From positions 64,930,420-64,994,419 of the forward strand of contig JASCQW010000061.1 in NCBI GenBank assembly GCA_030264375.1: a stretch of DNA of 64,000 bases, given 5' to 3'. The position numbers and the translations under genes are program-made. The notes below the pieces were generated by a model. It was not told where the DNA came from. It worked only from the letters and a program-made list of their open reading frames with translations, and ran no database searches. The first letter of the stretch is position 1. Every line of letters starts with the position of its first letter. Source of the DNA: Carcharhinus longimanus. Its lineage: Eukaryota. Below are positions 1-11,831 of this stretch, in pieces.

Positions 1-29
1 GGCTAATCCACCAAACCTACACATCTTGA

Positions 30-150
30 ACACAAGAACGTAAGAAACAGAAGCAGGAGTGGGCTAGCAGGTTCTTTAAGCCTTCCCTGCTGTTCAAGAT
101 GATTATGGCTGATCTATGCCAGCCTCAACTCCTTTTCTGTGCCATTTCCC
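30..150 (-). mobile_element. CR1 LINE 3' end fragment
   Basis: Reverse-strand CR1 terminus (aagaacgtaagaaacagaagcaggagt...atggctgatc) resembling other CR1 ends in the window. Confidence 0.65.
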
Positions 151-162
151 CAACACTATGGT

Positions 163-334
163 GGAGTTTAGCATGGCCAACTCACCTAACCTCTGGGAAG
201 AAACCAGAGCACGCGGGGGAAACCCATGCAGACATGACATGGGGAGAGCAGTTACACAGACAGTCACCCAAGGCTGGAATCAAACCTGGATCCCTGGTGC
301 TGTGAGGCAGCAATGCCGAGCATTGTGCCACCGT
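163..334 (-). mobile_element. HE1-like V-SINE, partial
   Basis: Reverse complement of the tRNA head (ggtggcacaatg...ctgcctcacagcaccaggg) and V-core (gggtttcc...gccatgctaaa). Confidence 0.8.
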
Positions 335-339
335 ACTGC

Positions 340-725
340 AGTGGGTTTAAGACTCACATTGGCAACTGTGGAATTTAAATTCAAAATCTGGAATAAAAAA
401 CTAGACTAATGAATGATAGCCATGAAACTACCAGGCTGATGTGAAAATCCATCTGTTTCACTGATGTCCTGTAGGGAAGGAAACTTGCAGTCCTTACCTG
501 GCCTGGCCTAAAGGTGGTCCAAACCTGCAGCACTGTGATTGACATTTAGATGTCCTCTAAGATAGTTGAACAAACTCTCAACTGTATCAAAACAATTGCA
601 AAAAAAAACTCTACATGAACTGTAGCAGTTCAAAAAGGTAGCTCACAATCTTGTCAAAAGCAATTAGGGATTGGCAAGAAATGCTGCCCTTGCCAACAAC
701 TCCTACATCCCATGAAATAGAAAAG
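340..725 (+). mobile_element. tRNA-headed SINE family 2 (body plus long LINE tail; head mostly missing)
   Basis: Body atccatctgtttcactgatgtcctgtagggaaggaaac is shared with the copies at 37045 and 52851. Tail gcaattagggattggcaagaaatgctg matches the LINE end at ~49880-49950. Confidence 0.7.
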
Positions 726-1259
726 AGCTTCAGTTCTCAAAGGTTACCTTGCCCACCTGTTCTAACTATGTCTATCAGACAATGCTGTCCTATGCAAGTG
801 GAAAATAGAAAATGTCATATATGTGCACAAGAAGTATTTGAAATCAGACTTTTATAACCACAGACCACATTATACTCCAATTCCTTGAAGGAACAGCAGT
901 GAATGAGAATCTAATGCAATGTTTTAACTGTCCATTTTTACAATAAATTGTACATTAATAACAGAATATGTACATTTTCTGTGAAAAAAAAAATTATTTA
1001 AATATGACTTAAATTACTTATTACTCTGTTCCTGGCAAGCATGCATGCATAGTGTTTCTTTTCGATTTTGTTTCCAAATGGGGAAGACTCATCAACATTA
1101 TTCTATATTTTTCTCTGCTTTTAGTGATCAATAATATTGCAAACGCATTTAGTGACGAGTCTGATGTGAAGACTTGATTTCAAATTCAGACAGAAACAAT
1201 AAAACAATGTGCCGATAGATGGCGCTATGAGTCTGACAATGGTAAACGGGACAGGAATC

Positions 1260-1830
1260 TATTGGATTTTGCAGCAGCAGGGCATCTGTTAATTAGATTT
1301 GCCCTTGGACATTTAGATTTTACTTTTTTGTGTGTGGCAAGGTGATGATTGTGTGAGATGTTAACGTTAACAGTGAGGAAAATAGGGCACTTGGAAACCA
1401 AGTGAATAGGGCAAGCAACTCTGTATCCCTTTAACCAACAGAATTATGGAGTCCTGTAAGGGCTGAGAGAGAATTTAGACTGGACAGATTCAATGTCAAA
1501 TCAGTACAGGATGAGAAATAAAGAGAGGAAATAAGACTGGTTTAAGGAAGAAAGAGAAAAAAGACAGAAAGGCATCGTAAATACAAGTTTCAATGTAAAG
1601 TATTAACTTATTAAAAAATTTGCAACGACAGAAAGGTTCTTGGGAAGCAATCAACCTGTTGTTAAAAAGACAACTATGACTGCAATGGACATAAAATAAC
1701 TTTCTGTGGTGTGGTTAGATTGCATGAACTATGCAAGTACACCTTCTCTTCATTCAATGCATTTCAATGGTAAAGCCGATAGCAAGGATGCCAGTTTAGC
1801 TAAGTTACTGCGATATGGTGAACTCAGACA
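1260..1830. repeat. Unclassified interspersed repeat, copy 1
   Basis: Homologous to 13620-14320 (gggca..caact.t..atc.ctttaaccaa; aagactgg.ttaag..g.a..agaaa). Confidence 0.55.
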
Positions 1831-2590
1831 GTGGCAGGCGGAGTATAATTTGAAGAGGTATGAGGGTATTCATTGGTGGAAAGAGAAAAGCTGAGTATTT
1901 TTAAAAAGGCATGAAACTTCCGAATGTTGATGTTCGGAGGGACTTTACAGAGAATAGAGATGGTTAGCATGTAGGTACGGCAACCAACTAGGAAGGCAAA
2001 CAGCATGGCCATTATTGCAAGGGGATTGGAGCGCAAGAATAAGGAAATCTTGTTATAATTGTACAGGGTTTTGGTAAGATCCCTGCTCTCTCCCCAGAAT
2101 TAGCATATTTTTGTCACTTCAGGTATTTATCCAATTATGCTTCTATCACTCGTCTGGCCATACATTCAAGATTACAACAACCCACTGTGAGAAAAAAAAA
2201 TTCCTCATGTCACTTCTGGTTCTTTCAGCAATCAGATTAAATCTGTGTTCTTTGCTAACATTATTTGCTGCTTGTGGAAACCATGCCACTTTTACTTACT
2301 TTACCAAATCATTTTAACACCACAATCAAGCTGATTCTTAACCTTCTGTGCTCTAAGAAGAACACCCACTTGTTCTTCAGCTTCTTCCATAACTGGAATC
2401 CCTCATTTCCTGTCCTGTAACTCTTTTTAGTATTCTCTCCAAGGTTTTAACACTGTTTTAACATTCTAATGTTATATAAAGGTTTAGCATAACTGCTGTG
2501 CTTTTATATTCCAGTCTTCTATTAATACAGCCAAGGATCCCAAAAGCTTTTTTAAGTGTTTTCTCAACTTGTCCTACAACTGCAAGTATG
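1830..2590. mobile_element. Two CR1 ORF2 3' fragments, tail to tail (+ 1830-2085, - 2085-2590)
   Basis: The + strand gives RQWQAEYNLKR (cf. WQMEFN). The - strand gives KKAFGILGCINRRLEYKS..VMLNLY. Confidence 0.7.
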
Positions 2591-2975
2591 CAGAAAGCCT
2601 GATCCAATACAATTTTCTCTCCCTTTGCTTCCACTTTCACCCTTTTTTCTCAATCCTACCTCTCTCCCATCCATTCCCCTCCCCCCATATCTTCATCTGT
2701 CACAGTTTACCCTCTGATTTCAGCTTCTCGGCTGTTTGGTCATTCACACCCTTTATTCTCTCTATGGACTGCCATTAGCAGTCTTTTCCCCTGGTTTCTG
2801 TGGCTATGACTCATCTTTCATTCTCTCACCCTGCAGTATAAATATCTCTCACTTTCTATGCCTTTTAGCTTTGACAAAGGGTCATCTGGACTTGAAACAT
2901 CAGCTCTTTTCTGTCCTTCAAGATGCTGCCAGACGTGCTGAGATTTTCCAGCATTTTCTCTTTTGGTTTCAGTCA
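2590..2975 (+). mobile_element. Penelope-like element 3' terminal region
   Basis: Pyrimidine-rich tract followed by ttgacaaagggtcatctggacttgaaacatc...gatgctgccagacgtgctgagattttccagcattttc, the terminus also seen at 30448-30620, 7320 and 32165. Confidence 0.6.
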
Positions 2976-2989
2976 GAATTATTTTGTAA

Positions 2990-5625
2990 TACACTGTAAA
3001 TAGCCTGGGTCTGCACCTGAACACAAGGTTGCCAAGCTAGCAGTTAAAAAAAGACAGGAAAAGCAAGGAACCAATGGTTGCGAGACCCAAAAACCCTCAG
3101 ATATTCTGCCAAGGTGCGGAACTGTTGACCCCAGGAATCACTGCTGAGAATATTAAAATACAGAAATCACCATCACCAGACAAACACGGGAAACCTTTTG
3201 AGAAGAAGCATACGGTGGCACCATCCTGGATTTCCAAACAGCATTTCAAGATATACACCTTTAATTTTAAAAGACCATAGATCAAAAATCTACCAGATCA
3301 GTTTGGATTCATCCAAAGCCCAAACCAGTCACAAAACTGGGAATGTTGGAGAAAGCGATTCCTTAGGTTGCTTTGGGTCCAGACAAAAAGATTGGAGTTG
3401 AACAGGTTAACACATAGCTTTATTCAATAGGCCTAATAGCCAATGATATAATAGCTAGACAAAGAATCAATAAATGCTCAGCAAAATTTGATAAGTTCTA
3501 AGATCTTTGACACATTTTAATTTGAGCAGTAACAAGATGCTTGAAAGAACAACATTTAAGAAGTGTGCCCAACGGCCAGGAGAACCTATTGACTCCTTCA
3601 TTAATGAGTTGTATAGAATGGCTGAAGGCTATGACTGCAGTGAGCTGAAGTCAGACCCATAGAGGGACAGAATTGTTGGAGTGGCAGATGATGCACTCTC
3701 AGACAAGCTTCAAGCTAAGTAAGAATTGACCCTCGAAAAGGCCATTTAGATTGTCAGGGCAGCCAAAACCATTTTGAGAACAGATCATCTCGAGGGTGAA
3801 AAACAAGCTATGGCACGGAGCAATCTCCACTTTCTAGCTGGTAAAACAGCAGGGAGGAGCAGGGACACTCCACGCCAAGAGAAGCAATATCATAGCCAAC
3901 CACTAGAGGGTGGATGACGATGCCAGCACTATGGATCCAAGTGACCCACAGGGTGATCCATGTCTGGCAGTCTCAGCACTGTTTTAATTGCAATTTGATT
4001 TAGTTATCTTTGCATAAGACACTTAGTAAAGTTATGAAAAGCTAACAAAAGCAAATGCACAGATGATACCAAGATAATTTATGAGATTGGGTTACTAAAC
4101 TAAGAGAAAACACAACCAGGCTTCTTAGGTGAGGCTAAAGATCAGGAGTTTTCATTCTGGCGTGCAGACATGTCAATGATCATCTCTCAAACATTAAATA
4201 GGAGACAGGAGCCTGTATTTTGCTACTCTCAACCAAGGAACTATGGCTGAAAGATCTCTGGCTATGAACAGCAGATACACCACTCTATGCGCATAGAGGA
4301 ATCTGACTTCCAGTTAGAGGCAAGATTCTGGAACTATTAAGGTCAGGCAGCAAACAAATCTTTGAAGTCATGTGCCTCACCCACAACCAATCTTTTCTCT
4401 TCTGAGTAGAGATGCTGGTGTTGCCATGAACTTTCTTAAAATAGCCGAAGATATCAAAACAACATCTGTTGTCAATTACACAGGTCTGTAAGAGTCCCAG
4501 AACAGAAACTCTCAATTGGGACTGCAGTTCTGAATCACCTTCACTCCTTGCAGAGCTGATTTGTCCATTACCTTGGCAAGTGTCAGAACATGCTTGTTGG
4601 TCAGACCAGTCAATCGCTGAGATGGTTACCACAATGCCTTGAGTGGAAAGAACCAAGGGATGAACAAGCAGCAAGAAAAGCCTTAACCTCTGGCTCCAAC
4701 ATCTGTTGGTAAGATACCCTAGATATCATAAAGACATGCTGCAATACAATCTGCCCAATACAATCTTTAGCCAGACAATAGTGGAACAGAGAAGCAGCCA
4801 TCATCTGACCGTAGCAAACCCCAATGAGGCAAGAGAGCAAACCAATGAGAATGCCATTGCAGAGAAAGCTAGGCTGCAAGGTGAGCCTGATGGAAAGTCA
4901 CACTCATATAACATAAAGAGACATCTTCCATCTCAACATCATCATGATAAACCGCAGGTAGCAAGGAAAACAGAATGAGCACTATGACTGAACTGCAAGT
5001 TTATGTTCCGTGTGAGGAATGGGATAAACCAATGACCACTGATAAAACCAGATGGGGAGTTGAAAAAAATTGGTTCATCTCCAAAAAAAGAAACAAAAAA
5101 GGTCAACCAACCAGATGCATGAATTACCACATTCAACAGGGTTTGTCAAGCACAACAGAGTCTCCCACTGCTCCAACAGTCGTACTGACAGGACCTGGAA
5201 GAATTATAAAGTCCCCTGACCACCTGAATCTATAAGCACTGAGATTTGAGCAGGGGCAGGCCAACAGAAAGGTTATTGGAATATTGTAAGTAAGTTGAGT
5301 AAATACACTGGATAAGGACTTTGGGATGGTGAAATGTAGTATAATGGTCTGGCACTGAATGGGTTAACAAGGAACTGTGTACAGTACAGTACAGTACTGT
5401 GTATGTGTTCCATTATATCACAGTGCCCACAATGTGATATAAAGGAACACATGACCCAAGACCAGGGGTAGTCTTCTATTGGATAGAGATGTGGGTAGAA
5501 GAAAGCATTTAGATAGCTTCTAGTTTTGACCTTATACTGATAAACAGCTATTAGCAGTTAAAAACACTTACTGTTAAGCCACAGGCTAGAGCCCTTTAAA
5601 TGGTGAATCATTAGCTCCTTTGATA
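2990..5625 (+). mobile_element. Decayed Gypsy-like LTR element, gag plus protease only (copy A)
   Basis: Gag GEPIDSFINELYRMAE...DRIVGVADDALSDKLQAK*ELTLEKAI at ~3580-3760. Cys knuckle remnant (tgttttaattgc) at ~3980. Protease remnant at ~4150-4450. Terminal GPGRIIKSPDHLNL* at 5190-5235. Purine tract, then a TGTAGT-starting 3' LTR at 5335. The 5' LTR is not clearly seen. Confidence 0.75.
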
Positions 5626-5649
5626 ACTAAAATGGAATGAAGTAAAGCT

Positions 5650-6065
5650 AATCCTCTTTAACCTGTTCTTCACCTATGTTTTTAGACATGTTGTCAAGGA
5701 TCTCAAAGAGAGAGTGTATTTCTAATATTATCTTGATGGCTCACTGTTTGACCTACAATGTCTCATTGGAAAATCCAAACCTGAGAAACTCATCCAGGAA
5801 GTCCTCTCTGCCAATATTAATGCCATAATGGCTCACAATACAAGTGGTTTGCAGATCACAGTTGATAGATTTTTAGAGGCTTCAATTCTGTTTGGATTAA
5901 TCATCAGCCTTAGAAAAGACTGAGGTTCTAACCTTGCACTTGCCAAATTCCAGCATTGTTCAACCAGATATCTCCATCCAAAGTACAAAGCTGAAGAATT
6001 GTGTTAGCTTCAAATGTCTTGAAACTATTATCTCCATGAATTTCAGCTATACTGCTGTCCGATGT
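5650..6065 (+). mobile_element. RTE-clade LINE reverse transcriptase fragment
   Basis: Translates as ILFNLFFTYV...LDGSLFDL...LIQEVLSANINAIMAH..GLQITVDRFLEASILFGLIISL, a degenerate LFADD region typical of RTE. Confidence 0.75.
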
Positions 6066-6237
6066 GCAGCCAGAATGATATCTGTCTACAAGATCTATCT
6101 CCTCATGTTTATCCAACATCTGTAGTTAATCACCACACTTTTCCCTATAGTACCACTGCACAATTTTGCAAAGTTAAAACTGTCTTCCAGTAATATAAAA
6201 ATATTCAATATAAATGTTATAATTAGAATCTCTTGAT

Positions 6238-6514
6238 AATCATAGAACCCCTGCAGTGCCATTTGAGTCTGCACTGACTAAGCATCTTACCCAGGTCCAT
6301 CTTCCCGCTCTACCCCATAACCCTGACATTCACCATGGCTAATCCATCTACCCTAGACCTCTTTGGACTGTGGCAGGAAACCAGAGCATGCAGAGGGAAC
6401 CCACACAAACATGGGGAGAATGTGCAAATTGCACACAGACAGTCACCCAAGGCTGGAATCGAACCCAGGTCCCTGGTGCTATGAGGCAGCAGTACTAACC
6501 ATTGTGCCACCATG
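6238..6514 (-). mobile_element. HE1-like V-SINE with CR1-type tail
   Basis: tRNA A/B boxes, V-core, and a ttctatgatt tail on the minus strand. Confidence 0.85.
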
Positions 6515-7443
6515 TCGCCCATGTAATGAAAGCCTTAACAATATCAGAAAAGGAGGAATAGGAAAACATGATGTTTCCCTCCATTCTAATGAACCACAAG
6601 TGATTCATGTTGTGTTGAGTCACCATTTGAATTTCCCCAACAGGCTGCAAAATAGTGAGTATGATCTTTTTGGTTTATAAATGGCAATATATTTCTTACA
6701 CAATTCACATTCATAACAGTTAAGTATAAATTCATGCATATTGACAATTCACTTTATGACATTCAATGTATTCTGGCTATTTAATCTCAGTCACTATTAA
6801 ATCCACCATTTGTCATTGTTTCAATATAATCCCAGGTGCTGGGAAGACACCAGATGGCATCATTATTACAACTGTGCAGAGTCAATATGAGCTGTAACAA
6901 GTGAAATCACAATGTGGGTGTAGTGAAGTGGTTAATAAAATGTGTTGATACATTCTTCCAAGACTTGTCTGCCTGTTTTTATAATTGAAAATATTTTCTA
7001 CCAGCCAGTTGATTCCTTTCATCAAAATGTGCTGTGAATCTAATATGAATAAACCTTTGCAAGAACAAGTAAGTTTGCTAAAGAATCAATTTGGAGATGA
7101 AGCATCCTCAAATCAATTTCAATGTACAATTATAGAAACTGTTACTTTTTCTCATTGGAGAAGAACATATCCAATTTAGTTAAATACTGAACTTGCAGTT
7201 TTCTCCTATGGATATCAGAATGGTTCTTCAACCCACGTCAAACCAATTCACTCCCTGGAATGGCTGAGTAAATAGGTTGATGTAAAAGGAGTAAACAAAA
7301 GTTAATAATGTGACTGGTTAAAAACAGAAAATGCTGGAAATACTCAACAGTTCTGGCAATATCTGTAGAGAAATAAGCGGAGTTAACATTTGAGAATAAT
7401 AAACCTTGTCAGCACTGGCTCTCAATTTAAGAGTACAGAATCA

Positions 7444-7762
7444 GCAGCACGGTGGCAGAGTGGTTAACATTGCTGCCTCACAGCGCCAGGGACCCGACTT
7501 CGATTCCTGGCTTGAATCACTAACTGTGTGGAGTTTGCACATTCTCCCTGTGCCTGCATGGGTTTCCTCTGGGTGCGCCGGTTTCCTCCCACAGTCCAAT
7601 GATGTGCAGGTTAGGTGGATTGGCCATGCTAAAATTGCCCCTTAGTGTCAGGGGAACTAGCTAGGGTAAATGCATGAGGTTATAGAGATTGGGCCTGGGT
7701 GGAATTGTGGACGGCACAGACTAAATGGGCTGAATGGCCTCCTTCTACACTGTATGATTCTG
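7444..7762 (+). mobile_element. HE1-like V-SINE, full length, CR1-type tail
   Basis: ggtggcagagtggttaacattgctgcctcacagcgccagggacccgacttcgattcc...gggctgaatggcctccttctacactgtatgattctg. Confidence 0.9.
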
Positions 7763-7869
7763 TGAGAATCTAATTGAGTCTGACTTGTTCTGCTGTGGGT
7801 AGCAACCCTGTCTCTGAGTCAGGAGCCCTATCGTCAAGCTCCACTCCAGGAATTGATGGCCATTGTCCA

Positions 7870-8133
7870 GAATCATAGAACCTCTGCAGTGCAGAAGGAG
7901 GCCATTTGACCCATTAAGTCTGCACTGATCACAATCCCATCCAGGCCCTATCCCAATAACCCCACCTATTACCCTGAGGGGCAATTTAGCGTGGTCAATC
8001 AACCTAATCTGCACATCTTTGGAGTGTGGGAGAAAATCGGAGAATCTGGAGGAAACCCATGCAGACACGGGGAGAATGTGCAAACTCCACACAGTCAGAT
8101 ACCTGAAACTGGAATTTAACCCGGGTCCCTGGT
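7870..8133 (-). mobile_element. HE1-like V-SINE, 5'-truncated, CR1-type tail
   Basis: Reverse complement of the same family, inverted relative to 7444-7762. Confidence 0.85.
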
Positions 8134-8239
8134 CAGCTGTTTGATGGAAAGAAATCAGAGCCTCTCTCATCATTTTAGACTTTAAGTCACAAAATGCATG
8201 TGGAAGTCAAGGTAGTCACAGTAAGTTTGATTTGCAATT

Positions 8240-10050
8240 CAACATAAGAGCAGGAGTAGACCATTCAGCCCATCGGGCCTAATTCACTACTCAATACAAT
8301 CATGGTTGATCTTCCACTTTGATGCCTTTTCCCCATACTGCCCACATATCTCTTTGCAGCATTGGTATTTAGAAATCTTTAATCTCTATTTTACACATAC
8401 TCAGTGATTGAGCTTCCACAGCTGGGGTAGGAAATTCCAAGAATTCATAACGCTTCAGGTAAAACAAAATTTCCTTATCTTGGTGCTTACTTTGAAATTA
8501 TATCCCCTGGCTTTAGACTCCCAGGAGAAACATTCTTCCTGCAACTACCCTGTAAATCCCTTTAAGCACTTTCAATGAGATCATCTCTCATTGTTTGAAT
8601 TTCTGGAGAATACAGGCACAATTTCCCCAATCTCACTTCATAGTTCAGTGCTGCCATCTTGGAAATAGGTCTGGTCAACATTTGGTACACTCCCTCTATA
8701 ATATCCTTCCTTAGGTATGGGCACCAAAACTCCAAATATGGTCTATCCAAGGTTCTATACAATTAAAGCAAGTATTCCAAATGTGGCCTAACCAAGGTTC
8801 TATACAATTAAAACAAGAATTCACTAATCTGTACTCAAATCCTCTTGCGATAAAGGTTAACGTACCATTAGCCTTCCTAATTGCTTACTGCATCTGCATG
8901 TTAGCCTTCAGTGACTTACTAACGAGAACACCCCAGATCCCATTGTACATCAAACATTCTAATCTTTTACTATTTAAGAAATACTCTGTGCATCTGTTCC
9001 TCCTACTAAAGTGGATGACCTCACATTTTTCCACATTATATTCAATCTGCCATGTTCTTGCCCACTCACTACTCTGTCCAAATCCTCCTGAAACTGCTTT
9101 GCATCTTCCTCACACACATGTGACATTTGCACACCCAAATCTGCAGGAACCATTCCAGAATCTATAGAATTTTTGAAAATGAGCACCAACGCAGCCTCTA
9201 TCTCCATTCCCATCTAGCTTTGTGTCATCTGTGAGGTTGGAAATATTACATTTTTTCCCCATATCCTATCTATTGATATAGATTGTGAGCTGCTGAGGCT
9301 CAAGTATTGATCCTTGCAATACCCCACTAGTCACAGCCTGCCAAATGCAAGAATAACCTGTTTATTTATACTCTGTTTTCTGCCTGTTAGCCAATCTTTA
9401 CTCCATGCCAATGTGTTACCTCCTATACCATGTGCTTTAATTTTGCAAATCAACATCCTGTGGAGGACTTTTTCAAAAGCCATCTGAAAATTCAAGTACA
9501 CTACATCCATTGAATCTCCTTTGGTGAGGATGTAACATCCTCAAAATGGCCAACAGGTTCATCAAACATGATTTCTCATTCATAAATCCATGTGGACTAT
9601 GACCAATTAGATCATAATCATCCAAGTGTCCAATTATCACATTCTTCATCATAGATTCTAGCATTTTCCCTACTACTGATGTAAGTATATGTTCCTTCTC
9701 CCTCCCTTCTTAATTGGTGAGATGACATTTGCACACTCAAATCTGCAGGAACCATTCCAGAATCTATAGAATTTTTGAAAATGAGCACCACCGCAGCCTC
9801 TATCTCCATAGCTACCTCTTTCAACGCTCTGGGATATAGAATATCAAGTTCCGGAGACCTATGAACCTTCAGTCCCAATAATTTCTCCAATAAAACCTTC
9901 TTACTAATACAAATTTTGCTCAATTCCTCATTTGTCCTAGTCATTGGAAAATTTCTTATCTTTGTCAGTGAAGACAAGAACAAAGCAATAATTTAGCTTC
10001 TCTGCCATTTATTTATCTATTCCCCACTGTAAATTCTCCTGACTCTGTAG
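8240..10050 (-). mobile_element. CR1 LINE ORF2 and 3' end, decayed
   Basis: ORF track gives LEKLLGLKVHRSPELDILYPRALKEVA, HSPHGFMNEKSCLMNLL and MYRTLDRPYLEF. Terminus at ~8240-8280. Confidence 0.9.
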
Positions 10051-10052
10051 TA

Positions 10053-10352
10053 GGGGTGTAACAGTGGCACACAGTGTTTAACAGTGCTGTCTCACTGTGC
10101 CAGGGACCTGGGTTTAATTTCTGGTTTGCGTAACTGTGCGGAGTCTGTACATTCTCCCAGCATCTGTGTGGGCTTCCTCTGGGTGCTCTGGTTTCCTCCC
10201 ACAGAGCAAAAGATGTGCTGGTTAGGTGCATTGGCCATGCTAAATTCTCCCTCAGTGTGCCCGAACAAACACCAGAGTGTGGCGACTAGGGGGATTTTCA
10301 AAGTAATTTTATTGCACTGTTAATGTAAGTTTACTTGTGACAAATAAATTAA
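10053..10352 (+). mobile_element. HE1-like V-SINE, alternative (type B) tail
   Basis: Same head and core, then ctcagtgtgcccgaac...ggcgactaggggattttc...tacttgtgacaaataaa. Confidence 0.85.
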
Positions 10353-11249
10353 CATTAAGCCTTCTTGAGCTGGTCAGTGGAAATGTGTTCTGAAGTGTCT
10401 GTTCCTGAACAGAGAAGTCCTTTCCCTACAAGTGGAAATTGTGTCCTTGAGGTGTTTAACAGTGGAAAGGTTGAGTTGCTGGAGGGAAAACTGGCAAGGG
10501 CTTAGCATGAGTGATAAATACTTATGGAATGGTTTTATTTTATTGGTGTACAATCTTCTGAGCCACACTATTGGTGAGCTTTTCCATGCCAGACTCCGGT
10601 AACTGGTCCATGATCCCAGTGTCAGGTCCGGATACCACTTGTCGCACTGCTTTGGGAGGGATGGTCTTGACACTCCTGGAGCTGCACCCCTTTAATTGGA
10701 TCTCCGCAGCACATTTTAAGCTGACCCTGGAGAATGTGCAGTGTAGACAAAAATAAGTGGTAAGGATGACATAAAGAGGGAAATAGGCAGGCTAAGTGAG
10801 TGGACAAAAATGTGGCAGATGGAATATAACACATGAAAGTGTGCAGTCATGCACTTTGGTAGGTAGAATAAAGGAGCTGGAAATGAGCTCCAAGAAGCAG
10901 AATGAGCAGCACGACTTAAGCCTTTGACTCGAATCACTTAAAAAGAACTTGGTGGCATATTTAACCTTGAGCGTCAAAAAGAGGAAGATAGTTTGCACAG
11001 GCCTATTTAGTTTTTGAGATGTTACCTTGAAAATAAGTACAGTGGCTGGGGTGGCAATCCAGCCCTGCAGTGGGGAGTAGTGGAAACACGTACAGCAGAT
11101 AGAGATATGGAGTGAAAATAAACTCAGTCTAGGTTTCACATACCATTGTGTGCATTTTGTTAAAAAAATCAACTGTCACAGCTCCAGTTCAACACTTCTA
11201 TGCTGTCAGGACCCACACTTCCACAAACCCAGAGTTCTGGCTTCAGATC

Positions 11250-11532
11250 AGACACTTCTGTGTGGAGTCTGCATGTTCTCCCTGCGCCTGCGTGACTTTC
11301 CTCCCANNNNNNNNNNNNNNNNNNNNNNNNNNNNNNNNNNNNNNNNNNNNNNNNNNNNNNNNNNNNNNNNNNNNNNNNNNNNNNNNNNNNNNNNNNNNNN
11401 NNNNNNGGCCATGCTAAATTCTCCCTCAGTGTGCCCAAACAGGCACCAAAGTGTGGCAACTAGGGGATTTTCACAGTAACTTCATTGCAGTGTTAAAGTA
11501 AGCCTACTTGTGACACTAATGAATAAACTGAA
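11250..11532 (+). mobile_element. HE1-like V-SINE, type B tail, spanning a gap
   Basis: Core and type B tail flank an N run. Confidence 0.8.
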
Positions 11533-11831
11533 ACATGATTGACCCACGTTGTTTGTACCAAATGTTTCAATTTTACATACGATAGAAGCTTATTTCTTTG
11601 CACATTTTTCTTTTCTTCTGTCCTCATTGGAATATGCTCATTTTTACTGCAAAACATTCCCATTTGTATCCAAGTGATTGTTCTCCTTGTTGGACACTAA
11701 CTAGTGAGTGACAGCAGGCTATTTAAGACCATTTGTCATTGCAACTGAGGCCGATCCTATCAACCTTTCATGCACATTTTCCAGTTAGGATTACTGGATA
11801 TCAATCAAAGGCTTATCTTCCTCTCCTCATC

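Noticed and set aside
7444-7515. tRNA genes at the A/B-box sequences
   Set aside because: All are SINE heads continuing into the V-core, with no complete cloverleaf.
10360-10745. 99-aa minus-strand ORF as a possible exon
   Set aside because: No recognisable domain, and it lies among TE fragments; probably an unclassified repeat remnant.
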